Position numbers and translations under genes: made by a program. A stretch of 64,000 nucleotides of DNA. Origin: Octopus bimaculoides. Lineage: Eukaryota. Each line of letters opens with the position of its first letter. Position 1 is the first letter of the stretch. Under the pieces are notes generated by a model, which was given only the letters and a program-made list of their open reading frames with translations, ran no database searches and was not told the DNA's origin. The stretch spans positions 92,592,241 to 92,656,240 of the forward strand of contig NC_068990.1 in the NCBI RefSeq assembly GCF_001194135.2, given 5' to 3'. Of the stretch, positions 14,909 to 64,000 are shown in pieces.

Positions 14909-17147
14909 AGATGTTATACTTAATTTGTTTAGCTGTATAATTGCCTCCATATTTTCTCACTTTGATTCCTCTTATAACAACTCTTTATCCCATGGAATTG
15001 GTCCCTCTTAAAGACATCGGAATCTAAGTTTGGATTATTTCAGCACTACTAAGCATTTACTATACCGAGAATCTCTGGATATGCAAGTCGAGAAAAGTTG
15101 TTGCTAAAATGATGATGATGGTCTATTATCCTGGTTCTCTGTCAAAAATACTGCTGCACCCATTGTTTATGTCAAGTACACGGTATTGAGTTTCTGTATA
15201 ATTTTCTTATTCACACAGACCAAGGCCATTATTCAGATGGTCTAGTGATTCTGTTCTCTGTCCATCACTTTGGCTTTTTGTCTGGGAGATTTGGCCTATG
15301 ATCGTTCTTTCAGATTTTGAACTCTTCAAAAACAACTTTGCCCGATGGCGATAGGGAAAAAGAACATGTTACCATCATATAAAAGTTCCCTTTAGGGACC
15401 AGTCTTATGCAAGTATTTTTTAAAGCAATCCCACCCACCCCAAATTAGATGAAGGCCTGAAATATTCCAGATGAATTTTCTGCATTCAGTAATGGTACTC
15501 TGCCAAAGACCATTTGTTTCCTCCATCCATTGTGGTTGCTATCCTACAAAGCATTGAAGTCTTTTACTATTTTCTTCCTTACAACATGAAAACTGTAGTA
15601 AAATAGTTGTCTTGATAATATTCTTGGTTATAAATATCCTATCAGTTGGAACACAGACACCACTTCAACTCACAGCTCAAATGTTCATTGTAGTAGTAGT
15701 AGTAGTAGTATGTAGTAGTAGTAGTAGTAATAATAATCATCTCTATGGTCTTTATATATACTAATTATACTAATTACAACTCTTCCTCTAACCCTTTGGA
15801 AAACTTTCTAGTTTTTCTTCTACTTTTTCTGGTATTTCCTTTTTTTTTTTCAATTCTTAGAAAATAACGTCTTCCTTTATCATTTTACTTTCAAATTTGA
15901 CTTTTTCACAGACACAAATATTTTGATATTTACATTTTTTCTATGTTCAGTATTGGAAGAGTTGACCAATTTACCATTCCTCTTAGATTGGGTTGTTTAA
16001 AAAAAAAAAAAAAACTAGACTATTGTATGTTTGCTATGAATAACTTTTCTATCCAACACGAGGAACAATAAACAATGTTGCTATCTTCAACATTGCAACC
16101 TTCAACCATATTCCAGTGTTATTGTGATGCTGCTATACACATTTACCATAATTGCCAGAAAACCTGGAGATATAATAAAATATAAGTGGGTAGGAAGAAT
16201 TTCAAATTCTTTGGCCAATATTATAGTACATAATGATGATGATGATGATGACGATTTCTTATATTAGGCACAAGGCCAAAAATTTGGGGGCAGGGTGGTC
16301 TTAATTAAATTGACCTTAGAACTAAGCTGGTGTTTATTTTATCAACTCTACAGGAATGAAAAGCAAATTAATAAATAAAAATCCCCCTAAAATGCATCAA
16401 CCAACAAAACAGCCTCTCTGGCAGCCATGGCCTATCGCGGCTTACAGGACTTTCTAAATGGTATGCCAACCCAAGAAAATAAGCTTGAATTTTTTTTAGT
16501 TACAGTACAGCCGGCCTAATGATGAGCCATGTCTCATGTGGTTCCCTTCCCCCCAAAAAAGTTGCCCGTGCCTGCTCTATGGGGTGGGGGTGGGGTCACA
16601 CGACCTGCTAGAAATAGCAGCCAAACCTCCCTCAAATTACATTCATCATTGCCTTCATATTCATCATCATTTAATGTTCATTCTTCATTCTGGTATGGGT
16701 TGAACAATTTAACAAGATGCAATGAGTTAAAGGACTGTGTGAAAATGGTTGGTGTTAGGAAAGACATCCAGCTAGAGAAACGACACCAAACAGACAGAGG
16801 GGCTTGGTGTGACTCGCGGCCTTTTCACTCCTGTCAAACTCTCCACCCCATGCCAGCATGGAAAATGGATTTTCGATGATGATGATAACAGCCCCCACCA
16901 TAATATCACTATTTACAAACACAGTATACACATAAAAGGATATTTTATATAAAAAAACATACCAAAATAACCTTATTTAGGATTAACAGATAAATAAAAC
17001 AAGTTGAAGCTACAATTTCCTCATCAACTAATATCAGACAAATACACAACATTCACCAAAAAAATAAGCAGAGGTGACGCAACAAAGTAACAGCCAATCA
17101 GCAAATGCATAAACCAACCAATAAACAGATACCAGGAAGAGACCACG

Positions 17148-17188
<41 letters not shown>

Positions 17189-19911
17189 AACTGCAAATAT
17201 ACGACCCAAATGAGTTGTGACAGCTTTCCTTGAAGATGAGGTTGGCATGAAATATGAGTTGAGAAATAAATATTGTTTCAGTAAACTATATCAGTATTTA
17301 TCTACAAACTATAGGGATTTTGTTCACAGGTAATCTAAACGATCAGATATGCTAGGTAAGTGCTGTAACGGATTACTGGGGCTCCAAGGTTATAGCTGAG
17401 ATGGTAGTTATGGAGCCATTGTAGATTTCCAATGCAGCGGATATATAATTGTTAAAGAGGACATCAAACATTAAGGCAAGGCAAACATCTCAAGTCGTAT
17501 ACAATATTATTACAGAAAGAAATTTAAAATCTTACGGCTGTTTCTGGAATATCCTCAAGTATGGGATATTCCTTCCTTGGGTGCAATCCTGCATAGATCC
17601 ATGAGTGTAAGTTTTTATGTGCAATCCTGCGTAAATCCATTTGGGTTAAAGTCCTTATGTATATCTATCTATGTTTGTGTGAGTGAATTCATATTTCCCC
17701 CTAATCTTTGTGTGTTTGCTGGCTGTAATCGGAAAGATTCCCAAATATCATGCAATATTCCTGTCAGTCTTTTTTGAGTCCTTGTTACTCCACAGGATTA
17801 GAAACATTAGCAATAAGATAATTAATCGACAATATTTATCTTATTTAAATGGTGATTGTCAGTCAAGCAGGGGTCTAATTAAACCCTAAGTATAAGCACA
17901 GGCACAGCTGTGTGGCTTCAAGAAACTTGCTTCTCAGCCATGTTGTCTTGGATTCAGTCCCACTCCACAGCACCTTGGACAAGTGTCTTCTTTAGCCTGG
18001 GACAACCAAAGCTTTGTGAGTCGATTTGGTAGACGGAAACTGAAAGAAACTTGTTGTGTGTATGTGTGTTTATGTGTACTCTTGTCTAGAGTTCATGTGA
18101 TGTTTGTAAATGAGCATTATCATCATACAAATGAAGTGGTTCATTTTCAGTCTTCTATGAAAATCCTGCCATGGGGATAAATTTCATTGTTTGGAAGCAG
18201 ATGGGGGTTGCCAACAGGAAGGACATCCAGCTAGAAAATCTGCCACAACAAAATCCGTCTGAACCATGGGAACATGGAAAAGCGGATGTTAAATAGTGGT
18301 GGTGATGATGATGATGATATAATTACACTTTCTATCATAAATTATAACAAAATAAAATCTTTGTTTTACTCCAGGGAGACCCAAACATGGAAACATTAAC
18401 AATAAACATTCATTTTATTTTCTTTAAAAATCCCACTATTTCAGTATCTGTTTGCAACTCAATGATTTTTAGTTTCTATTTTTAAAAATTCTTTCAGTAG
18501 ATATAATCAGTCATCAGTTCCATGTTATAATCAGTTCCATAAATTCCATGTTAACAAAAATTTATAGAATCTGAGAGAATTTACTTTTTATTTATTTATT
18601 TATGTTATTGTTTGTAATTATATTTTTTGTCAGAGACTACTGTCCCTATTCCCCTTTTATCTTTAACTATCAAATACCATATTCAAAGACACTCTTCATT
18701 TTCCACATAATTCTTCAGTTTTCCTTTTTTTTTTGTATGTCTTTTTCTCCAAAATGACTTCTGCAACGATTGTCTTATGGGACAAAGTTATTTATAGGAA
18801 GAATATTAATATTGCAAGTTGATCTGATTGTCTCTCTTCATTCAATCACTTTACTGACTGTTTTTTTTTTTTTAAAGACTGGATCTGACAGAACTTCATT
18901 CCTAGAATAGGATTTAAAGAATATGAACCTTTTGTCAAAACAAAACAAAAAACAAAAATGATTGCCTGTCAGCTGTTAAGCAAGGGATTAACTATTAATG
19001 TAAACCAGGTTTTTCTTAGGCCTTATTATATCCAGTTTGGTTTTAAAGAGAGTTAGCTTCAGCATTGGTCAATCTTGAGGCTATTATTAACATCATCATC
19101 ATCATCATCTCATTGTTTTATGACTGCTTTTCATTGCTTGTATAATTTGATGAAATTTCACCTTTCATCATGGTCTTTCACATCTGGAATACACAAGAGC
19201 ACAAAAATTCAACCATTTTTGCTGTTTGTCAAGTTTTCATATTTTTGGTATGGATTTTATTCCATTCCTCTCACCAACCACTTTACTCTATTGACTGATG
19301 GCACAAGTGATGATGTCTGCAGCAGGAATAGACTCATCACAACTCTGTGTCAATATTTTGAATCAGTTATTGTTCTTTTGGGTGAGTTGCCTAAACTGAA
19401 AGTTCTGGAATCCATGTCTCCTTTGTTGTTTTCCTTCTTATGTTTTGCTTGTCCTTTATTTTTTTTTTCCATTTGGGTGTATTTTATTAAAGCAATGGCA
19501 TTAGTGAGTTGTCCCCAACAAGAATAAACACTCTCTTCCATCTTAGATCTATTATTTCCCTTTCACAGCACAGAATGGCCACATTTCATCTAGAGAGACT
19601 CTCTGCCTGGATTAAAGCATCTCCTCTATTCTGTATCATCTCAGTTATCAAAGAGGAGCCTTAGCTGCATATCTCTTGGAGAATTGATGTACGGTTGTTT
19701 CCCTTACAGTGGTAGTCTGAGACTGTCTTTCGTACCAAGAGTGAATTATCATGTTAACCTCATAGACTAATGGTGGATGGCCCATTGTTATCAGGATGGT
19801 GGGAAAGACAGGGAATACCACCATCTGGACAGAGTGGCATTGTTATCTCTTGTCTGATTGAATATTGACACATGCCTATGTGTAGAAAGGAGAGAATAGA
19901 CTAGAGAGATG

Positions 19912-19946
<35 letters not shown>

Positions 19947-20864
19947 TGCTCCTTCTGTGCTAAAAGAAGCACAAACCAAATGAAATGTTAAAACTGAATT
20001 ATTAAGTTAAAACTCTTAACTTGCTTGAATAAATCATACTCCTGCATCTTTAACTTAAACTTAGATGGTCAGATACGCTTGTGATAAACTCACACGTTTT
20101 TAACTTGAAGAATTTTGCTCTATTTGAATTAACATTCATAATTGGGTATAAAAAAAAACTTGTGTCAACGATAATAAAGAGACCTGGAGAGATGCTACTA
20201 CTTCGTAATTAAAATATAAATTTTTCATCTGTTATTAGATGTCAGTTTCTATAATAATTGTCTTAAAGATCACTGAACCAGACATTTTCAGAAAATTCTC
20301 CCCAAATGGTGTTATTTTCTGCCTGCCATTATTGCTAAATAAGTATGTAGGTATTTTGAAAATGCTTCATGGAGCAATGATCATGCCCTGCATTGTTACA
20401 AGCTGCCCTTTGACAAGATTTAGAACCCATTCAGCAACCCTGCCTGGGATATGGGAAAGTCATGGGACTGCTGCTTGGTGGATTGTGAATTGGCAGAGGA
20501 AGAGTTCAACTGAGCCAACGGTGCTTCTTACATTGACACTAAGCAGAGGAATCCTAGAAGATCAATGGTCAGAATCACCAAGTTCTATCAAGGGAGTAAC
20601 TGCAATGCATTCATGGGGGTAGTGTCCATGGTTGTGTAATCAGCTAATAAAATATTCGTTATGACCCAGCTCCCAAATTAAATTAATAGAATTGGATGGC
20701 AACAGAGAGTCAGAGGGATCCATGCAAGCAGTGTGACCAGATGGATCACTGGTAGGACATTCTGTCTAAAGAGATACTATTCAACATTTATCCTCATCAT
20801 ATTCTAAAGATGTAGTGTGTGTACTTGTTTTTTTACTCTGGAAGATGATCATAGAAAAATCTTT

Positions 20865-21222
20865 NNNNNNNNNNNNNNNNNNNNNNNNNNNNNNNNNNNN
20901 NNNNNNNNNNNNNNNNNNNNNNNNNNNNNNNNNNNNNNNNNNNNNNNNNNNNNNNNNNNNNNNNNNNNNNNNNNNNNNNNNNNNNNNNNNNNNNNNNNNN
21001 NNNNNNNNNNNNNNNNNNNNNNNNNNNNNNNNNNNNNNNNNNNNNNNNNNNNNNNNNNNNNNNNNNNNNNNNNNNNNNNNNNNNNNNNNNNNNNNNNNNN
21101 NNNNNNNNNNNNNNNNNNNNNNNNNNNNNNNNNNNNNNNNNNNNNNNNNNNNNNNNNNNNNNNNNNNNNNNNNNNNNNNNNNNNNNNNNNNNNNNNNNNN
21201 NNNNNNNNNNNNNNNNNNNNNN
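20865..21222. other. Assembly gap (358 N); other gaps at 5261-5317 and 59883-59892
   Basis: Runs of N in the sequence. Confidence 0.99.
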
Positions 21223-22440
21223 TGGAGGCCAGGGGTACAGCAATTGTGCTTTCAAGACCAAACCGATAATAAAATGATGAAAAATAAACTAAAAAAATCT
21301 AAGAGAAATGCAACTATGGTGAGATAATTAAAGCAAAAAACTTCTAATTACGTAGCAGAGGGACAATTTATAGATATAAATTAATAGAAATATTAATTAT
21401 TAATTGATATGAGAAAAGAGGTGGGAATTTTTTAGCATAATCATTGAAATATTTACAAACCCGCAGAGTAAAGTAATAATGTTGTGAAATCATTGACTAC
21501 ATTGGGATTTCTGAGCACTAAGGGAGTTGAGTAACACCAAGGCACCCAGGAGAGAACTAAATAAGACAACAATAGTGATTGCAGTTCAACAATAGACAAT
21601 ATTGAGTTCAGTTGCCATATTTCTCATGAGTCAAGAGGGAAAGGTCTTATTTTATAGGGGGTGGACAGTAATAAGTAGTCTTCTGGCAACCAATATTTTT
21701 AGACCCATTTCTGTCCCTTAGTCACACCTTAACCTCTCATCATCCAGCATAAAGCCACCCACCCCTATACTATTCCCTCCTCCTCAGTTGAGTTGTCATG
21801 TCTTGCAAGTTATCATTAGGAAGAGAAAGTAGTCATGGAAACCCCATGCTAAAGCAAAATATGGAGCGCTTGACTAGCCACTGTTGAACCGTCCAATCCA
21901 TGCCAGCATGAAAAACAGACATTGAATGATGATGATGATTGTGATGATGATGACTGACAGATGCTGGACACCAAAAACATGCCACTACTTATTACTGTCC
22001 ACCCCCTATAAAATAAGACCTTTCCCTCTTGACTCATGAGAAATATGGCAACTGAACTCAATATTGTCTGTTGTTGAACTGCAATCACTATTGTTGTCTT
22101 ATTTAGTTCTCTCCTGGGTGCCTTGGTGTTACTCAACTCCCTTAGTGCTCAGAAATCCCAATGTAGTCAATGATTTCACAACATTATTACTTTACTCTGC
22201 GGGTTTGTAAATATTTCAATGATTATGCTAAAAAATTCCCACCTCTTTTCTCATATCAATTAATAATTAATATTTCTATTAATTTATATCTATAAATGGT
22301 CCCTCTGCTACGTAATTAGAAGATTTTCTCTTTAATTATCTCACCATAGTTGCATTTCTCTTAGATTTTTTTAGTTTATTTTTCATCATTTTATTATCGG
22401 TTTGGTCTTGAAAGCACAATTGCTGTACCCCTGGCCTCCA
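21223..22440. repeat. Long inverted repeat: 457-bp arms (21223-21679 and 21984-22440) with a 304-bp spacer
   Basis: Manual alignment finds about 5 mismatches; the left arm starts at the edge of the N gap. Confidence 0.9.
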
Positions 22441-22559
22441 AGACCAAATAATTGATGCTAATGACAGGCTTATTGATAACTGCTGAAGAGATAAGTGTAG
22501 AGAGGGAATTACTGAGGTGAGAGGAAAGGCTGAAGGAGGAGGAGGAGAGGCAAGTGAAC

Positions 22560-22910
22560 CAGGCGTGCCTGAACAGAGGAACATTTGCACAACTTCCACA
22601 TGTGCAAATGGTCGTGAATGATTTTTTTCCCATGGACCCTACGCTTATCTTCACTTCTTGGGCTACTTGCCGAATAGTTATGCAGCGATCCTCCAAAATG
22701 GTGGCTTCTACTTTATGGATGGCATCGTCATCAATGGCGGAATGTGGTCGTCCAAGAATAGGAACAGTTTCCACTCTGCTTGACTACGTCATATGATGGT
22801 GCATCGTCACCATAAACTTCTTTCATCTTATTAAAAGTTCCTTTTGGTGTACAACCTTTCAAGTATAAGAACCTGATCACTGTTCTGCATTCAAAATCTG
22901 TTTCAACTCA
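22560..22910 (-). mobile_element. Mariner-type transposase N-terminal (HTH) relic
   Basis: ECRTVIRFLYLKGCTPKGTFNKMKEVYGDDAPSYDVVK and GRPHSAIDDDAIHKVEATILEDRCITIRQVAQEVKISVGS, then IHDHLHM, match the mariner DNA-binding region. Confidence 0.8.
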
Positions 22911-24867
22911 TGTGTTCATTTCAAGAATCTTGCAAACCAAATACAAAAATGAAATGTTGATGTTAGAATCTTAGTATTATAGAAACAAAACTAGTACAAA
23001 GACAACAAAACCAAATAAGGAAAATCTAAAATCTAGATAAAGACTTCTCCTAGTTATGATAGACACTACTGCTACTATTACTGCAGATATCTTTGTCATA
23101 AAGTAGATAGACCAGCTGACAATTCCTGATTGACAGACACTGCTGCTGCTGCTTCTAATGTAGAGATAAAACAGCTGATAACTCTAGCATACGTCAATCA
23201 GTGCCAACACTAGACCATTCTGTAGAAACATTTCATAAATATCAAAATTCCATGTATGACCAGTTTGATTATGATGATGATGATGATAATAATGTTGTCC
23301 TGTGCAGTCTCTGATGTTTCTACTGGACATCATCATCATCGTTGTCATTATCATCTATGTTATTGGAATCCTGTTATGATATCTATAACATAGCCAAAAC
23401 CTATATGTTAGGGGCTAGGTCTTGTCTTCAGAGTTAGAAGCTACTTCGGCTCTGCACAATTTTCCCCCACACTGAGGTATTGAGTGTGTCTCATTCAATA
23501 TTCTACAGTCACTGCATCTTCTTCTCCATTCTTCAATAGTTTCTCCTCTTCTGCATTGATAGTCTTTATCCCGTCTGGTTCACCCATCCATCCTCTTATT
23601 ATCCCTACTGTGGGCCTGGCTGTGTGGTTAAGAAGCTTGCTTCCCAATCATGTGGTTTCAAGTTCAGTTCCACTACATGGCATCTTGGACAAAATTTTTT
23701 TTATCATGGCACTTGTTAACCAAAGTTTTGTGAGTGTATTTGGTAGGTGGAAACTGAAAGAAGCCTGTTGCGTGTGTGTGTGTACACCATGTCTTGATGT
23801 GATGGTTGTAAAACAAGTGTCCCCAATATAAAAATGATGCTGCTGATTTCCAGTCTTCTATGAAAAACATGTCTGGCTATTCTTGGAAACAGCTGTAGTT
23901 TGGTGACAAGAAGGTCATGTGACTGTGCAAAATCTGCCTCAATAAATTCTGTCTGACTCATGCAGGCATGCAAAAGTGGATGTTAAAACAATGATGGTGA
24001 TGACAATGACACTAGTTTTGTGGAGGGTTTTTATTCCAGAAAGTCAATGATTCAAATTAAGTCTGTCCGGATTTGAGCTAAGATTGTAAAGGGATACAAA
24101 TGCTGAAAGCTGTGTAGCCGTTCTTAGACTATTTTGCTATTTCTGCCACTTTTCAGGCCTTTGTTATAAGTGCATAGGGCAATGGGTTTGGGTTGGCAGG
24201 GAAGTGGATTTACAGAATTGGCAGAGTAGCAAAACAATGGATTGGCAGAATTGGTAGACAAGACAGTGGGTTGGCAGAAATTACACAATCTGTAGAAATC
24301 AATAATTTCTTACATAAGCTGAGATGACTTTGTGAAATGAAAGGAAAGTTTATCCAAATTAACTCTTGTATACCACTATTGCTTAATTCATCATTCTTGG
24401 GTGCATGAAAGGTAGTTGATTCTGGCTAGGTTTGAACTTAAAATGTTGAGGAATGAAGCTAAAGGTATTTACTTTTTACTTCATGATTTCTGCCACCTTA
24501 ACAACAATGATAATTAAAACAACAACCTCTCTGATAATGAGAATATTAATGATGATAACTATGATGATGATAGTAATGGCTCCAAATAGTTTCTGACACT
24601 AAAATAATTGAATGTAAAGTGAGAAGTTAGTAGTAAGTTGTCTTATTAGTTGCTGATAAAATGTTTTGACTGATTGCTTCTTTGTGAACCATGAAAGGTC
24701 TGAATTATTTACAAAATATCAATATAATTACCACATTGTAACATCAGTTGTGATCAACTAATTTCATATTCAATTATTCTTATTGACTGACTTTCTCTCG
24801 AAATCATATGTGTGTTTGTTTGGGTATATATACATATACATTATGCATGTAGATTTGTGCATATAAA

Positions 24868-24903
<36 letters not shown>

Positions 24904-25297
24904 CGTAATGTATATTTATATATTTGTGTGTATGTGTGTTTATACATCATTTCACTGTTCTTTCTTGCATGCTTTTATATGGTACCGTACCTGTATTAAT
25001 ATCAATGATGCAAATAAATCATATATTTACATCTTCATTGTTTCGGAAATTTTAACCAGCAATATTTCAGCCATATTTCTGGAAAAGAACAATTTATATT
25101 TTCTGAAAAATTATTCATTTTCCAGAAGGAAACTGTCCATGTTTATCAATTTAGAAAGTACAATCTACTTGTATAATTATTATTTTCTCTTATAAAATGT
25201 TTTTAATTATTAAATGAGTATGAAACAAATAAGAACAGCATCAAATTTCCTAGGTCATTTTTTTCCTGTTATTTTCTTGAATTTTTATTATTATTAA

Positions 25298-25334
<37 letters not shown>

Positions 25335-25407
25335 GAAATCTGTTTGCAAATATTTTGTTTCCTTTTGTTGTTGTAAAATACAATCTCTTATTTCTTTTGT
25401 TTGACAG

Positions 25408-62466
<37,059 letters not shown>

Positions 62467-63160
62467 GTAAATAATCTTTTCTGTTTTATGTGTTTTTTGT
62501 TTTGTCTTTTTTTTTTAATGCTAATTGTCTCCTATGTTTCCAGATATTTTAGTAATTCTACAAAATGTTGTCATCTGTGAATTGACAAATATTAGTAACA
62601 CAGCCTGCAGTTGGCTGTCTCACATCCAGGGGTTGATTGTCTTGCAACCTACAGTGGACTGTCTTGCAGCCTGTTGTGAACTGCCCACACAGCAGCCTGT
62701 CTCTCAGACTGTCTCCTGCCATTACTGTTCTAAGTAGAAATCTTCTGTCTCTGCCTCAATGGCACTTCAGTCAATTTAACAAACAGGAATAATCTAAATA
62801 ATCTATGTATGAACTTTTCTTTGGATTTATGTATCTACTGTTTCTTTTACTTTCTCTCTTTTTCTTTCACTTCTTTTGTGTCCCTCTTCTCTCTCGCTTT
62901 CAATTTAACAAGGTGTATATGTATCTGCTTGTGATGTGATAAACATTTAAAAACACAAAACAAATGCCGTCACCACTCACTGTCTCTTTCACTCTCTCTC
63001 TCTTTCTCTCTCACTCTCACTTTCTCTCTCTCTTACTTCCTCTCTGTCCTCCTCTCTCGCTTTGCCACTTATTTGAAGTAAGTGTGACACACACAACAGG
63101 TACGTATAAAAAGGAAAAGTTAGCGTATTAATATTATTGATAATAATAATAATAATAATA

Positions 63161-63930
63161 AAGAGACTGAGAGCACTAAACTGGCACAAAGGAACCCTGA
63201 AAGAAGGAAAAGAGACCGAGAGAACTATACCAGCAGAGCAAGACCAAGCTTTGGCCATGAACTGGAGGGTCAACCTTAGGAATGAGCAAGTGTCTCCGCT
63301 GTGCCGCATCTGCAATAGAGTGGATGAAACCATTGTCCATATCATGAGCGAATGCCCTAGACTTGACCAAAACCACCACAAGTTGTGATGACATGATCAG
63401 TTAGCAAAAGTGCTACATAAGAAACTGTGCAAAAAGTGTAGAGAGAGGTAAGATGTGGTATGAGCACAAACCACAGAAAGTGGGATTTTCCAATCCAAAC
63501 AGATCAAGTGCTAGAACATAACAGGCTGGACCTAATGGTGGTGGACAAGGTGCACCACATGTGCTATATAGTTGGTGTTGTGTGCCCCTTTGACCCATGA
63601 ATAGTCAAGAAGGAAGGTGAAAAGATGGATGTAACCCTCTTAAGTACGAAATAGCCTGGTTATGGAAAATGAAGAGGGTGAAGATAGTGCCAATTATTAT
63701 TGGATCCTTGGGAAAAGTATTAGAAGGCATCAAGGGGAATATAAAGGAAATTGGAAAAGAGTGCCCAGTAGAACTGTTGCAAAAGGTTTGCCTCCTTGGC
63801 ATGGCCAGAATAATCAGGAAAGTATTAGATAACTGAAAAGAACGGATAGCATGGTACCGTAGGCTGCAGGTAGGAAGCCCGCTATGCATGCAAGAGTCCA
63901 AGAGTTCCAACAAAACCTGTGATAAAGAGA
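63161..63930 (+). mobile_element. Second 5'-truncated R4/Dong-like RLE element (different family)
   Basis: EQDQAL, CRICNRVDETIVHIMSEC (CCHC), HDQLAKVLHKKLC, WYEHKPQKV, HNR-DL, LKYEIAWLW, IVPIIIGSLG, LLQKVCLLGMARIIRKVL; (AAT)n on both sides. Confidence 0.88.
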
Positions 63931-64000
63931 AATAATAATAATAATCCTTTCTGCTATAAGCACAAGGCCTGAAATTTTGGCAGGAGGGGGATAGTAAATT

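Noticed and set aside
19350-19541. Minus-strand 63-aa ORF as a nested antisense gene
   Set aside because: No recognisable domain, splice partners or codon signal.
20815-21327. Long ORFs of 142-170 aa
   Set aside because: They are open only because of the 358-N gap.
62530-62737. ttccag acceptor and 70-aa ORF as the next DGK exon
   Set aside because: The phase-2 continuation stops after 11 codons and lacks the expected catalytic GGDGT motif.

Overview
Eukaryotic, AT-rich, microsatellite- and SINE-dense genomic DNA with three assembly gaps. The repeat landscape suggests an octopus/cephalopod genome (inference, not proven). One protein-coding gene is supported: a + strand diacylglycerol kinase theta (DGKQ/dgk-1 type). 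I reconstructed 14 phase-consistent GT-AG exons from 25408 to 62466, encoding the end of C1a, C1b, C1c, a charged linker, two Ras-association-like domains, an RRM-like domain and the start of the DAGK catalytic domain. The 5' and 3' coding exons were not found in the window. Almost all ORF-track entries are spurious (microsatellites, SINEs, N gaps) or transposon relics: RTE LINEs, a CR1/Jockey-like LINE, two R4/Dong-like RLE elements, mariner and DD41D transposase relics, and hAT and piggyBac-like MITEs. Most notable observations: (1) about ten hammerhead-ribozyme-like motifs from several Penelope-type families in the introns, including a near-complete sense-strand minimal type I hammerhead at 58561-58603 and recurrent CpG-type lesions in the catalytic core; (2) a candidate 15-nt frame-preserving microexon at 44261-44275; (3) a 457-bp, ~99% identical intronic inverted repeat next to a gap; (4) two Dong-like elements that both sit in the (AAT)n tails of oppositely oriented SINEs; (5) a duplicated 3' splice site downstream of the charged-linker exon.
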